Assembly: GCA_027310565.1 (NCBI GenBank)
Contig: DAIDAP010000032.1
Coordinates: 51,611 to 115,610, forward strand
Direction: 5' to 3'
DNA length: 64,000 nucleotides
From: Chloroflexota bacterium
GTDB taxonomy: Bacteria > Chloroflexota > Limnocylindria > P2-11E
The position numbers and the translations under genes were made by a program. A model generated the notes under the pieces. The model was not told where the DNA came from. It searched no databases and worked only from the letters and a program-made list of their open reading frames with translations. Below are positions 9,537-17,337 of the stretch, in pieces. How positions within the stretch are numbered: the stretch's first letter is position 1; each line of letters opens with the position of its first letter.

Positions 9537-10711
9537 GCCGTCACCGCGCTGCGAAGCGTCTCGGCCCACACCTCGCGGTCGTGCTCGCCGAGACGCGGCG
9601 GCGGCCGGCGGACCGCCGGGCGCTCGCCGTCGAAGAGCGCGAAGCCGCCGGCGAACGTGAGCGTCCGCCCGTCGATCGCGACGTCCTGCCAGAACGAGCG
9701 CGCGCGCAGCTGCTCGTCGTCGAAGATGTCGCCGGCGTCGGCGACCGGGTACCCGAGCATGTTCCGCGCGATCACGCCGGCGAAGAACTCGCGCTTGGTG
9801 AGCGTGCTCAGGAACGCGCCGACCTCCCCCTCGAGCGCGTCCACCTCGGCCTGCGTCAGCGTGCGGTTGTCGAAGGCGTCCCAGTCGATCGCCCGGAAGA
9901 GCGGCGCCGCGTGGTCCCGCTCCGCCATCCACGCGCAGAGCATCCGGCCGGTGTGGCGTCCGATCGGTCCGCCCTGGATCGCGAACGACACGTGCCCGTC
10001 CGCGCAGGGCCAGACGTTGCGGAAGCGCGCGCCGACGATGCTGCGTCCGAGAAGGTACGGGCCGAGCCGGACGTGCTCCTCGCGCGCGACGTCGGCGAAC
10101 ACCGCGGCGGGCGGGTGGACGGTGATCATGCTCTGCTGCCCCGAGACGTCGACGTGCTGGGCGCGCCCGACGCGGTCGCGGCCGAGGATCGCGACGAGCG
10201 CGCCGGCCGCCGCGTACATGCCGGTCCAGAACGGCGACTGCGGCAGCGTCGTCCGGACCGGCGCGCGGCCTGGCTCGCCCGCGAGCCACAGGCTCCCGCC
10301 GGCGGCGGTGACCTCGAGGTCGGACGCGGGCACCCCCGCGAGCGGACCGGTCGTGCCGTACGGCGTGACGGTGACGACGACCTGACGCGCGCCGCACCCG
10401 AGCGGATCGACGATCGGCTCGGACTGCACGACGAGGTCGGCGCGACGGACGAGGGCGTCGCGGCGGGCCGCGTCGGCGGGGTCGAGCACGACGCCGCGCT
10501 TGTTCGCGTTCAGCGCCATCCACAGCAGGCCGCGGTCCGGATGCGCCGCGCCGCCGGCGAACGGCGGCGTGCGCCGCACGGGATCGCCCGCCGGCGGCTC
10601 ACACTTGACGACGTCGGCGCCGAGGTCCGCCAGCGTCCGCCCGCAGTGCGCGGCCGCGGCGGCGCCCCACGGGTCGTCCGAGGCGAGCTCGACGACGCGC
10701 AGATCGAGCAC
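9533..10711 (-). CDS. Class III CoA-transferase (CaiB/BaiF family), subunit 1
   Basis: MLDLRVVELASDDPWGAAAAAHCGRTLADLGADVVKCEPPAGDP... is family III-like. It starts 5 nt after the UbiD-like stop. Confidence 0.85.
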   Translation of the reverse strand: MLDLRVVELASDDPWGAAAAAHCGRTLADLGADVVKCEPPAGDPVRRTPPFAGGAAHPDRGLLWMALNANKRGVVLDPADAARRDALVRRADLVVQSEPIVDPLGCGARQVVVTVTPYGTTGPLAGVPASDLEVTAAGGSLWLAGEPGRAPVRTTLPQSPFWTGMYAAAGALVAILGRDRVGRAQHVDVSGQQSMITVHPPAAVFADVAREEHVRLGPYLLGRSIVGARFRNVWPCADGHVSFAIQGGPIGRHTGRMLCAWMAERDHAAPLFRAIDWDAFDNRTLTQAEVDALEGEVGAFLSTLTKREFFAGVIARNMLGYPVADAGDIFDDEQLRARSFWQDVAIDGRTLTFAGGFALFDGERPAVRRPPPRLGEHDREVWAETLRSAVTA

Positions 10712-10716
10712 CTGCC

Positions 10717-12333
10717 CTAGCGTCCGCTCTTGGCCAGCACCTCAGCCCACGACTGCGTCTTCATCAGGGCCTTGCCGCCGGCGATCTGGTCCGGGTCGAA
10801 CCACGCCGCGGGGTCGACCCGGTCGATCGGGTACACCGGCCGCATGAAGTCGTTCTCGAAGCCGTAGGGGACCGTGGCGTCGATGGCCATGCCGCCCTCG
10901 AAGCGCGTGTTCATCGCGGTCCACTGCGCGTTCCCGGCGCTGAGCCGCTGCTCCGGGATGAAGGTCTGGCCCGCGCCGCCGGGGGTCGGGCTCCACACGT
11001 CGTCGCGCGGGTTCACGCGCGTCGTGAGCGACCAGATGATGTCGTCCATCGAGTAGATGTCGACGTCGCTGTCGACCGCGATGCACAGACGCAGGCCCGA
11101 CGAGCAGCTCATCGCCGCCGCGAGGAAGTTGCGCACGAACCCGTCGTCGGTCTTGAGGCGCTTGCGCACCTGGAGGATCGCGCCGGCCCAGTCGGTCATC
11201 GGGAACGGGATGTTCACGTCCTGGATGAGCCCCGGCTGGATGCGCTCGCACAGCTCGAAGAACGCGGCCTCGCGCACCGTCGTGTCGATGTTGTTGCAGT
11301 CGTACATGTGCACGCCCATCGGGTAGATGAACGGCCGCTCGGCGCGCCTGCGCATGGTGATCGCGGTGACGTGGAAGGTCGGCGCCTTGTACGCCTTGCC
11401 CATGTACCCGGCCCACTCGGGATGGAAGTGAAAGCGTCCCTGGACGTCGGCCTTCTCCGCCTCCGCGGTCTCGTAGCGCTTGTCGCGCGGGTGCAGGTAG
11501 CCCTCGAGCGAATATTCCGCGTCCGCGACCGACCACGCGTCGACCGTCGCGGCCTTGGTGATCCGCACCGGGTAGCCCTGCACCGCGCCGGCCGCGCCGA
11601 GCTCGTCGCCGCCGCGCGGCAGGACGACGTAGTCGAACCCGCCGCCGGCGAGCAGCGTCGCCGCCGCCGGCAGCCCGAAGTTCACGGTGAGCGGCACCGG
11701 CTCGTCGCGGTAGTACTTCGTCATCACCTGCCACATGTGCGAGCCGGGCGAGATCTGGAACGTGCCGACGTTGCCCCAGCGGAAGTTCATGCGGTTGTAG
11801 CCGATGTGGCTCCCGCCCCAGAACCGATCGCCGACGACGACGCTGTTGCCCGAGCCGATCGTGATCTCGGACTCGAGATGGGTGTGGCGGATCGGGAGGA
11901 TGTACTTGTTCACGTCGAGGTCGTCGGTGACGACCTCCTGCATGACCGGGGCGTCGGACCGCGCGACCTCCTCGTTCGGGATCGGGTGCGTGAGCGCGTG
12001 CGCGAGCCTGCGCGTCCGCTCGGTCCGGTCCGCCCAGCCGAACATCCGGTCGACGATGTCCATGTTCGCGAAGAAGTTCGTGATCGCGCGGACGTGCGGG
12101 TAGCCCTTGACGTTGTTGAAGAGGATCGGGTAGCTGCCGTCGAAGTGCTTCTGGATCCCGGTGAGCTGCAGGTCGCCCGACACCATCGTGTCCGTCTCGA
12201 GGAGCAGACCCTCGGCGCGGAGCCACTCGACCGTCGCCGGAAGCGAGCGCAGCGCCTCCTTGGGCGCCGGCGGACCCTGCGGATCCTTCAGCCGCGTCCC
12301 TGCGCGCTTGAGCTCGGCCTGCGCCGTCGCCAT
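10717..12333 (-). CDS. UbiD-family (prFMN-dependent) decarboxylase/carboxylase, divergent member (UbiD-1, 538 aa)
   Basis: UbiD-like throughout (PILFNNVKGYP..., ...TVNFGLPAAATLLAGG...). The usual GPFGEfTGYY motif reads HPEWAGYMGKAY. ATG 12333 lies 6 nt after GGGAGG. Confidence 0.8.
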   Translation of the reverse strand: MATAQAELKRAGTRLKDPQGPPAPKEALRSLPATVEWLRAEGLLLETDTMVSGDLQLTGIQKHFDGSYPILFNNVKGYPHVRAITNFFANMDIVDRMFGWADRTERTRRLAHALTHPIPNEEVARSDAPVMQEVVTDDLDVNKYILPIRHTHLESEITIGSGNSVVVGDRFWGGSHIGYNRMNFRWGNVGTFQISPGSHMWQVMTKYYRDEPVPLTVNFGLPAAATLLAGGGFDYVVLPRGGDELGAAGAVQGYPVRITKAATVDAWSVADAEYSLEGYLHPRDKRYETAEAEKADVQGRFHFHPEWAGYMGKAYKAPTFHVTAITMRRRAERPFIYPMGVHMYDCNNIDTTVREAAFFELCERIQPGLIQDVNIPFPMTDWAGAILQVRKRLKTDDGFVRNFLAAAMSCSSGLRLCIAVDSDVDIYSMDDIIWSLTTRVNPRDDVWSPTPGGAGQTFIPEQRLSAGNAQWTAMNTRFEGGMAIDATVPYGFENDFMRPVYPIDRVDPAAWFDPDQIAGGKALMKTQSWAEVLAKSGR

Positions 12334-12367
12334 CTCATGCCTCCCGCGAGGAAGTCCCTCGACCGCG

Positions 12368-12396
12368 ATAATGGTATGACCATTCGTCCAGGTCAA
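12368..12396 (-). promoter_or_regulatory. Sigma-70-like promoter of the UbiD-1 operon: -35 TTGACC, 17-nt spacer, -10 CATTAT
   Basis: Minus strand reads TTGACC tggacgaatggtcatac CATTAT. The spacer and -10 are covered by the dyad at 12370-12384. Confidence 0.5.
12370..12384. promoter_or_regulatory. Predicted GntR/FadR-type operator, site 1: AATGGTATGACCATT
   Basis: Perfect 6-bp arms AATGGT/ACCATT with a 3-nt spacer, in the divergent UbiD-1/bicupin-1 gap. Confidence 0.6.
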
Positions 12397-12425
12397 CCGC
12401 GCACGGCAGCGCGGAGGCTGCCTAG

Positions 12426-12440
12426 AATGGTCAGACCATT
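12426..12440. promoter_or_regulatory. Predicted GntR/FadR-type operator, site 2: AATGGTCAGACCATT
   Basis: Perfect arms. Overlaps the bicupin-1 ATG (12427). Confidence 0.6.
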
Positions 12441-13509
12441 GGCCGACAAGCTCCTCCTCGACCCGTACCTCGACTGGGTGAAGGGCGAGGGGATCCCCGT
12501 GTACGAGGACTTCGGCTTCGACCTGCCGGCGCTCGAGGTACGGCCGTGGTCGCGCATGGACGCGCTCGGCGCGTACGTCCACTGCCTGGGACGCGGGGAC
12601 TGGGTGAACATGTACGTCTGCGAGATCCCGCCCGGCGGGCAGACGTCGCCCCAGCGGCACCTCTTCGAAGAGGTCGTGTACGTCCTCTCCGGACGGGGCA
12701 GCACCAGCGTCGAGACGCCGGGTGGTGAGCGCACGTTCGAGTGGCACACCGGGAGCCTGTTCGCGCTGCCGCTCAACGCGCGGTACCGGCACTTCAACGG
12801 GAGCGGGCGCGAGGCGGCGCGCATCGTGTCGACGACGGACCTACCGATGATGCTCGACGTCTTCCGCGACGACGACTTCATCTGGCGCAACGACGCGGTC
12901 TTCGCCGAGCGCTTCGGCGACGAGCGGCACTACCGCGGCGAGGGGACGTTCGTCCCGACGCGCCCGGGGCGCCACATGTGGGAGACGAACTTCGTTCCCG
13001 ACCTGCGCACGTTCGAGCTGCGGACGTGGAAGGAGCGCGGCGCGGGCGGCAGCAACATCATGTTCGTCCTCGCCGAGGGCACGATGCACGCGCACATGAG
13101 CGAGATGCCGGTCGGCACGTACAAGAAGGGCCATCGCCACGGCGCGGACTTCCACGTCATGACGGTCACCGGGACCGGGTACAGCCTGTACTGGTACGAA
13201 GGCGAGAACGAGCTGCGCCGCTTCGACTGGAAGCACGGCGCGGTATTCGCGCCGACCGACATGCTCTACCACCAGCACTTCAACACCGGCGCCGAGCCCG
13301 CGCGCTACCTCGCGACCGCGTTCGGCGGCCTGCGCTACCCGACGCTCGCCGACAAGCGCAAGACGTTCATGGGCATGGACGTGAGCGTGAAGGAGGGCGG
13401 CCGACAGATCGAGTACGAGGACGAGGACCCTCGGATCATCCGCATGTACGAGGAGGAGCTGCGGCGCAGCGGCGTGCCGTCGAAGATGCGGGAGCTCATC
13501 CGGACCTAA
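12427..13509 (+). CDS. Bicupin protein 1 (two cupin barrels; gentisate-dioxygenase-like architecture, function unknown)
   Basis: GGAGG lies 9 nt upstream. Cupin motifs PGGQTSPQRHLFEEVVYVLSGRG / RYRHFN and KKGHRHGADFHV / LYHQHFNTG. Confidence 0.75.
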   Translation: MVRPLADKLLLDPYLDWVKGEGIPVYEDFGFDLPALEVRPWSRMDALGAYVHCLGRGDWVNMYVCEIPPGGQTSPQRHLFEEVVYVLSGRGSTSVETPGGERTFEWHTGSLFALPLNARYRHFNGSGREAARIVSTTDLPMMLDVFRDDDFIWRNDAVFAERFGDERHYRGEGTFVPTRPGRHMWETNFVPDLRTFELRTWKERGAGGSNIMFVLAEGTMHAHMSEMPVGTYKKGHRHGADFHVMTVTGTGYSLYWYEGENELRRFDWKHGAVFAPTDMLYHQHFNTGAEPARYLATAFGGLRYPTLADKRKTFMGMDVSVKEGGRQIEYEDEDPRIIRMYEEELRRSGVPSKMRELIRT

Positions 13510-13549
13510 AGACGCGAGCTCTTCCGGCGGGGCCTGCGGGGCCGGCCCG

Positions 13550-13564
13550 AAATGTCATACCTTT
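13550..13564. promoter_or_regulatory. Weak operator-like site 3: AAATGTCATACCTTT
   Basis: Keeps the GT-N3-AC core and 9 of 12 arm positions. Lies 47 nt upstream of the bicupin-2 ATG. Confidence 0.3.
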
Positions 13565-13610
13565 TCCCCGGAGAGGACGGGCGGACGAAAGAGAGAGGAG
13601 CGATGGATCG

Positions 13611-14645
13611 ATGAGCGAGGATCAGCGCGTGTTCCTCCGCGGTCTCGACTCGGCGTCGTACGGACTGAAGGAGCAGCGCGCGAGACAGCGCGCCGCCCCG
13701 CGCGTCCGCCGCGCGGGCACCGTCGTGGACGACGCGCGCGTCGGCCACTCCGGCGACGACGATTCGGGACGCTCGAAGACGTACTGGATGCTCGGACCGG
13801 GCGACGACGACTTCCTCACCCAGACCCTCCAGGTCCACTTCGTCGAGCTCATGCCCGGCGGGACCAACCACGGGCACGGCCACCAGAACGAGGCGCACTT
13901 CTACATCCTCGAAGGCAAGGGGTACGAGATCCACGACGGAAAGCGCTACGAGTGGGAGAAGGACGACCTCGTCATCGTGCACACCGACAGCGTGCACAAG
14001 CACCACAACCTGTCGGCGACGGAGCGGGCGCTCGCGATCGTGCTCAAGGCGAAGGCGACGTGGATGATGCTCGGCCTGTGGCAGCAGGGACGGCCCGCGC
14101 CGTTCCCCGACGGCGACCGCTACGAGGCGCGGCGGGACTGGTCGGAGCTGTGGAGCCCCGGCTGGGAGGACAAGAAGAAGGTCATCCGGCGCGCCGACAC
14201 GACGTGGGAGACGACGCGCGACGGCCGGGTCCGGGTGATCCTCTCACCGGACCGCACCGACGCCCGGACACACAGCCTCGATGTGTACCAGCAGGAGATC
14301 GCGCCGGGCGGCCGCTCGGGGAGGCACTGGCACATGGCGGACGAGGCGGTGTACGTCCTCGCCGGCAGCGGCCACAGCCTGCACTGGGAGGTCGAGGCGG
14401 AGATCGCCGACCGGTACTACGCGCGGATCGCGAAGGAGCCGACACGCTGGGAGTTCTCCGCCGGCGACCTGCTCTACGTCCCACAGAACACGGTGCACCA
14501 GCACTTCAGCACCGGGACGGGGCCGCTCCTCCTCCTGTCGGCGCAGAACCGCCTGTTCAGGCACCTGGGCTACGACCGGGTCGTGCACCTCGAGGACGCG
14601 CCCGAGCACCGGGAGCGCGGCGCCGCGGCCGCCTCCACCCGGTAA
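13611..14645 (+). CDS. Bicupin protein 2 (both barrels with HxH...E / H metal motifs)
   Basis: GAGGAG RBS. GGTNHGHGHQNEAHFYILEG...VHKHHN and GGRSGRHWHMADEAVYVLAG...VHQHFSTG. Confidence 0.8.
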   Translation: MSEDQRVFLRGLDSASYGLKEQRARQRAAPRVRRAGTVVDDARVGHSGDDDSGRSKTYWMLGPGDDDFLTQTLQVHFVELMPGGTNHGHGHQNEAHFYILEGKGYEIHDGKRYEWEKDDLVIVHTDSVHKHHNLSATERALAIVLKAKATWMMLGLWQQGRPAPFPDGDRYEARRDWSELWSPGWEDKKKVIRRADTTWETTRDGRVRVILSPDRTDARTHSLDVYQQEIAPGGRSGRHWHMADEAVYVLAGSGHSLHWEVEAEIADRYYARIAKEPTRWEFSAGDLLYVPQNTVHQHFSTGTGPLLLLSAQNRLFRHLGYDRVVHLEDAPEHRERGAAAASTR

Positions 14646-14654
14646 CGCCGCCGC

Positions 14655-15245
14655 TCAGGACACGCGGGGCCGGTCGGGACCCGTCCAACGGCGGAAGAGC
14701 GCGTGCTCGACGCCGAGCTGGTCGAGCGCCTTCCCCACGCTGTGGTCGACGACGTCCATGAGCGTCTTCGGCTTCTGGTAGAAGCCCGGCACGGGCGGGA
14801 GGATCACCGCCCCCGCGAGGGTGAGCTCGCGCATGAGCCGCAGGTGCGTCGCGTTCAGCGGCGTCTCCCGGACCATGAGCACGAGCTTGCGCCGCTCCTT
14901 GAGGTGCACGTCCGCGGCACGGACGATGAGGTTGTCGTCCAGCGCGTTCGCGATCGCCGCCATCGTGCGGATGCTGCACGGCGCGACGAGCATCCCGCCG
15001 GTGAGGAACGTCCCGCTCGCGAGCGGCGCCGCGAGGTCCTTCTCGTCGTGCACCACGTCGGCGAGCGCGACGACGTCCTCGTACGAGCGATCGGTCTCGT
15101 ACGCGATCGTCGCCCTCGCGCCGCTCGACACGACGAGGTGCAGCTCGAGCTCGCGTCGCAGGCGGATCGTCTCGAGGGCGCGGATCCCGTAGATCGCGCC
15201 GGACGCGCCGGAGATCGCGACGACGATCCGCGAGGCCGCGGTCAC
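14655..15245 (-). CDS. ubiX: Flavin prenyltransferase UbiX
   Basis: RIVVAISGASGAIYGIRALE...MLVAPCSIRTMAAIANALDDNLIVRAADVHLKERRKLVLMVRETPL is typical UbiX/Pad1. Confidence 0.9.
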   Translation of the reverse strand: MTAASRIVVAISGASGAIYGIRALETIRLRRELELHLVVSSGARATIAYETDRSYEDVVALADVVHDEKDLAAPLASGTFLTGGMLVAPCSIRTMAAIANALDDNLIVRAADVHLKERRKLVLMVRETPLNATHLRLMRELTLAGAVILPPVPGFYQKPKTLMDVVDHSVGKALDQLGVEHALFRRWTGPDRPRVS

Positions 15246-16009
15246 GACGAGCGGCGGCGCGACCGGACGAGCCGCGGCAGCGCCGGCGTCGGGCGCTCGG
15301 CGGACTCCGCGCGCTCCGCCAGGCTGCGCCGCAGCCGCTTCTCGAAGTCCTCGAGGTGCGTGACCATGATCTCGCGCGCGCCCTCGCCGTCCCGCCGGCG
15401 CACCGCCTCCACCAGCTCCTCGTGCGCCTTCTGGGTGGCGCGGCCGGTCTTCTCGTCGCGCAGGTCGCGGATCGCCGGGACGAGCAGCTGGCGGTACGCG
15501 TCCACCGTGGCCTCGAGGACCTCGTTCCTCGCCGCGCGCGCGAGCACGACGTGGAAGTCCATGCTCGCGTCGGCGTGCGTGATCGGCTCGCGCAGCAGCG
15601 GACGCGAGGCCTCGACGCTCTGCACCAGGCGGCTGAGCGCGCCGGCGTCGGCGCGCTGTGCGGCGAGCTGCGCGGTGGCGGCCTCGACGATGGTGCGGGC
15701 CTCGGCCAGCTCGGAGAGCGTCATGCGCTTCAGCCGGATCATCGTGGAGATCGATTCGGCGACGCGGTCGGTGTTCGCGTCGGCGACGAACGCGCCGCCC
15801 ATCGCGCCCACCTTCACCCGGATGAGACCGCGCGCCTCGAGCACGCGCAGCGCGTCGCGCACCGTGATGCGCGAGACGCCGAACTGCTCGGCGAGCTCGC
15901 GCTCGGACTGGAGGCGATCACCCGCCGCCAGCTCGCCGCCGAAGATCGCGCGCTCGATCTGGGTGACGATCTCACCCGACGCGCGCGATTGCCGCACCGG
16001 TGTGAACAC
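15242..16009 (-). CDS. GntR-family transcriptional regulator, FadR subfamily (FCD C-terminal domain)
   Basis: wHTH motif LQSERELAEQFGVSRITVRDALRVLEARGLIRV plus an all-helical C-terminal domain. Confidence 0.85.
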   Translation of the reverse strand: MFTPVRQSRASGEIVTQIERAIFGGELAAGDRLQSERELAEQFGVSRITVRDALRVLEARGLIRVKVGAMGGAFVADANTDRVAESISTMIRLKRMTLSELAEARTIVEAATAQLAAQRADAGALSRLVQSVEASRPLLREPITHADASMDFHVVLARAARNEVLEATVDAYRQLLVPAIRDLRDEKTGRATQKAHEELVEAVRRRDGEGAREIMVTHLEDFEKRLRRSLAERAESAERPTPALPRLVRSRRRSS

Positions 16010-16029
16010 GGCCGAATCCTAATCCGCCG

Positions 16030-16731
16030 CTACCGCAGGTCCGCGAGGGCGCCCGCGACCCGCGCCTTCTCGAGCAGGTACGTCCAGGTCTTCTCGACGA
16101 CGAAGCGGCTCGCGAGCATCTCGCGCACGCGGCGGATCTCGTCGGGTGTGTACGGCCTGACCGCCCCGAGCTGAGCCGCGAGGTGGTTCCGCTGAGCGCT
16201 CTCCTCGAGGTAGAGCGCGGCGGTGACGCACTCCCGCACGTCGCCCCCGACGACGAGCGCGCCGTGCCCGCGCAGCAGCACCGCGCTCGCGGCGGCCATG
16301 TCGCGCGCGACGGGCAGGCCGAGCTCGTCGGTGCGGATGAGCTCGGGGTTGTCGTGCACGGGGATGGGCCCGCCGAAGAACGCGCCGGCGTTCGACGCGG
16401 GCTCGAGCGGCCTCCCGGCGACCGCGAAGGCCGTCGCGTACAGCGGATGGAAGTGCGCGACGCTGCGCACCTCCGGCTTCGCGCGGTACGCCGCGAGGTG
16501 GAGCGCCGTCTCGGACGGCGGCAGCGCCTCGGAGAGGCGCTGCCCGTCGGAGACGCGCACCGCGGCGATGAGCTCGGGCGTCACCGTGAGCCGGCTCGCG
16601 CCCCGGTCGCAGATGTGGACGACGTCGCCGTCGCGGATGGAGATGTGGCCGTGCATGTCGAACAGCCCCGCGACCGCGAGCACCCTCGTCGCGATCGCCG
16701 TCTCGACGCGGAGATCGGTGGCCACCTTCAT
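16030..16731 (-). CDS. Class II aldolase/adducin-domain protein
   Basis: LFDMHGHISIRD...ETALHLAAYRAKPEVRSVAHFHPLYATAF...LLRGHGALVVG. ATG 16731 follows GGAGGGG. Confidence 0.75.
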   Translation of the reverse strand: MKVATDLRVETAIATRVLAVAGLFDMHGHISIRDGDVVHICDRGASRLTVTPELIAAVRVSDGQRLSEALPPSETALHLAAYRAKPEVRSVAHFHPLYATAFAVAGRPLEPASNAGAFFGGPIPVHDNPELIRTDELGLPVARDMAAASAVLLRGHGALVVGGDVRECVTAALYLEESAQRNHLAAQLGAVRPYTPDEIRRVREMLASRFVVEKTWTYLLEKARVAGALADLR

Positions 16732-17282
16732 GTCGGGTACCCCTCCGGCGCTTCCTCGCTCGTCCAGTGCCCGATGCGCATGTAGCGGCGCCCGTACCGC
16801 AGGAGCGGGTCCCGGCGATGCTCGTCGACGCGGTCGGCGACCACCTCGCCGACGAAGAGCAGGTGGTCGCCGGTCGCGATCGTCTCGCGCACGCGGCACC
16901 ACAGGATCGCGACGCTCCCGGCGACGCCCGGCGCGACGAGGCCCTGCGGCGCCTCGACGGCCGGGATCCGCAGCGTCGCGAGCTTGTCCGGCCCCTCGGC
17001 GTGCTTCCCGGCGGCGACCGCGAGGTCCTGCTGGGAGTCGTGGAGCAGCGAGACGCTGAACTCGCCGCTCCCCTGGATGAGCCGCGTCGTGCGCGATCCG
17101 GTGTGCTCGGCGATCGCGATCATCGCGGGCGCGAGCGAGACGTACATCGTCGTCCCCGTCGCGCAGGAGCGCTCGCCACCGTGCGCCGCGCCGACGATCG
17201 CGACGGCGTGCGCGATGCGCGAGAGGACGCGCCGCGCGACGTCGTAGCGATGGCCCTCCGTCTCGCCGCCGGGATCCCTCAT
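16728..17282 (-). CDS. Flavin reductase (HpaC/split-barrel FMN-binding family), no partner monooxygenase nearby
   Basis: VAIVGAAHGGERSCATGTTMYVSLAPAMIAIAE...FSVSLL...HLLFVGEVV. 4-nt overlap with the aldolase-like gene. Confidence 0.7.
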   Translation of the reverse strand: MRDPGGETEGHRYDVARRVLSRIAHAVAIVGAAHGGERSCATGTTMYVSLAPAMIAIAEHTGSRTTRLIQGSGEFSVSLLHDSQQDLAVAAGKHAEGPDKLATLRIPAVEAPQGLVAPGVAGSVAILWCRVRETIATGDHLLFVGEVVADRVDEHRRDPLLRYGRRYMRIGHWTSEEAPEGYPT

Positions 17283-17291
17283 GCGTGGTCC

Positions 17292-17306
17292 AATGGTAAT
17301 AACATT
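17292..17306. promoter_or_regulatory. Predicted GntR/FadR-type operator, site 4: AATGGTAATAACATT
   Basis: 11 of 12 arm positions match. Lies in the 55-bp divergent gap between the flavin reductase operon and UbiD-2. Confidence 0.55.
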
Positions 17307-17337
17307 CGGTGCGCGGACGACCTCAGGAGGTGCGGCG

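Noticed and set aside
8310-10523. A 737-aa ORF that would suggest one giant CoA-transferase.
   Set aside because: The N-terminal 330 residues are Arg/Pro-rich shadow sequence overlapping the upstream CoA-transferase in another frame. Family III homology starts at GTG 9536, which overlaps the upstream stop.
12423-12428. TAGAAT at 12423-12428 as a leaderless promoter for bicupin-1.
   Set aside because: It overlaps the ATG itself, and the next in-frame start would be a TTG. The GGAGG at 12413-12417 supports a conventional leadered ATG at 12427.
10717-12792. A 691-aa extended form of UbiD-1.
   Set aside because: The extension runs through the divergent promoter and antisense to bicupin-1. ATG 12333 has a strong GGGAGG RBS, and UbiD homology begins there.
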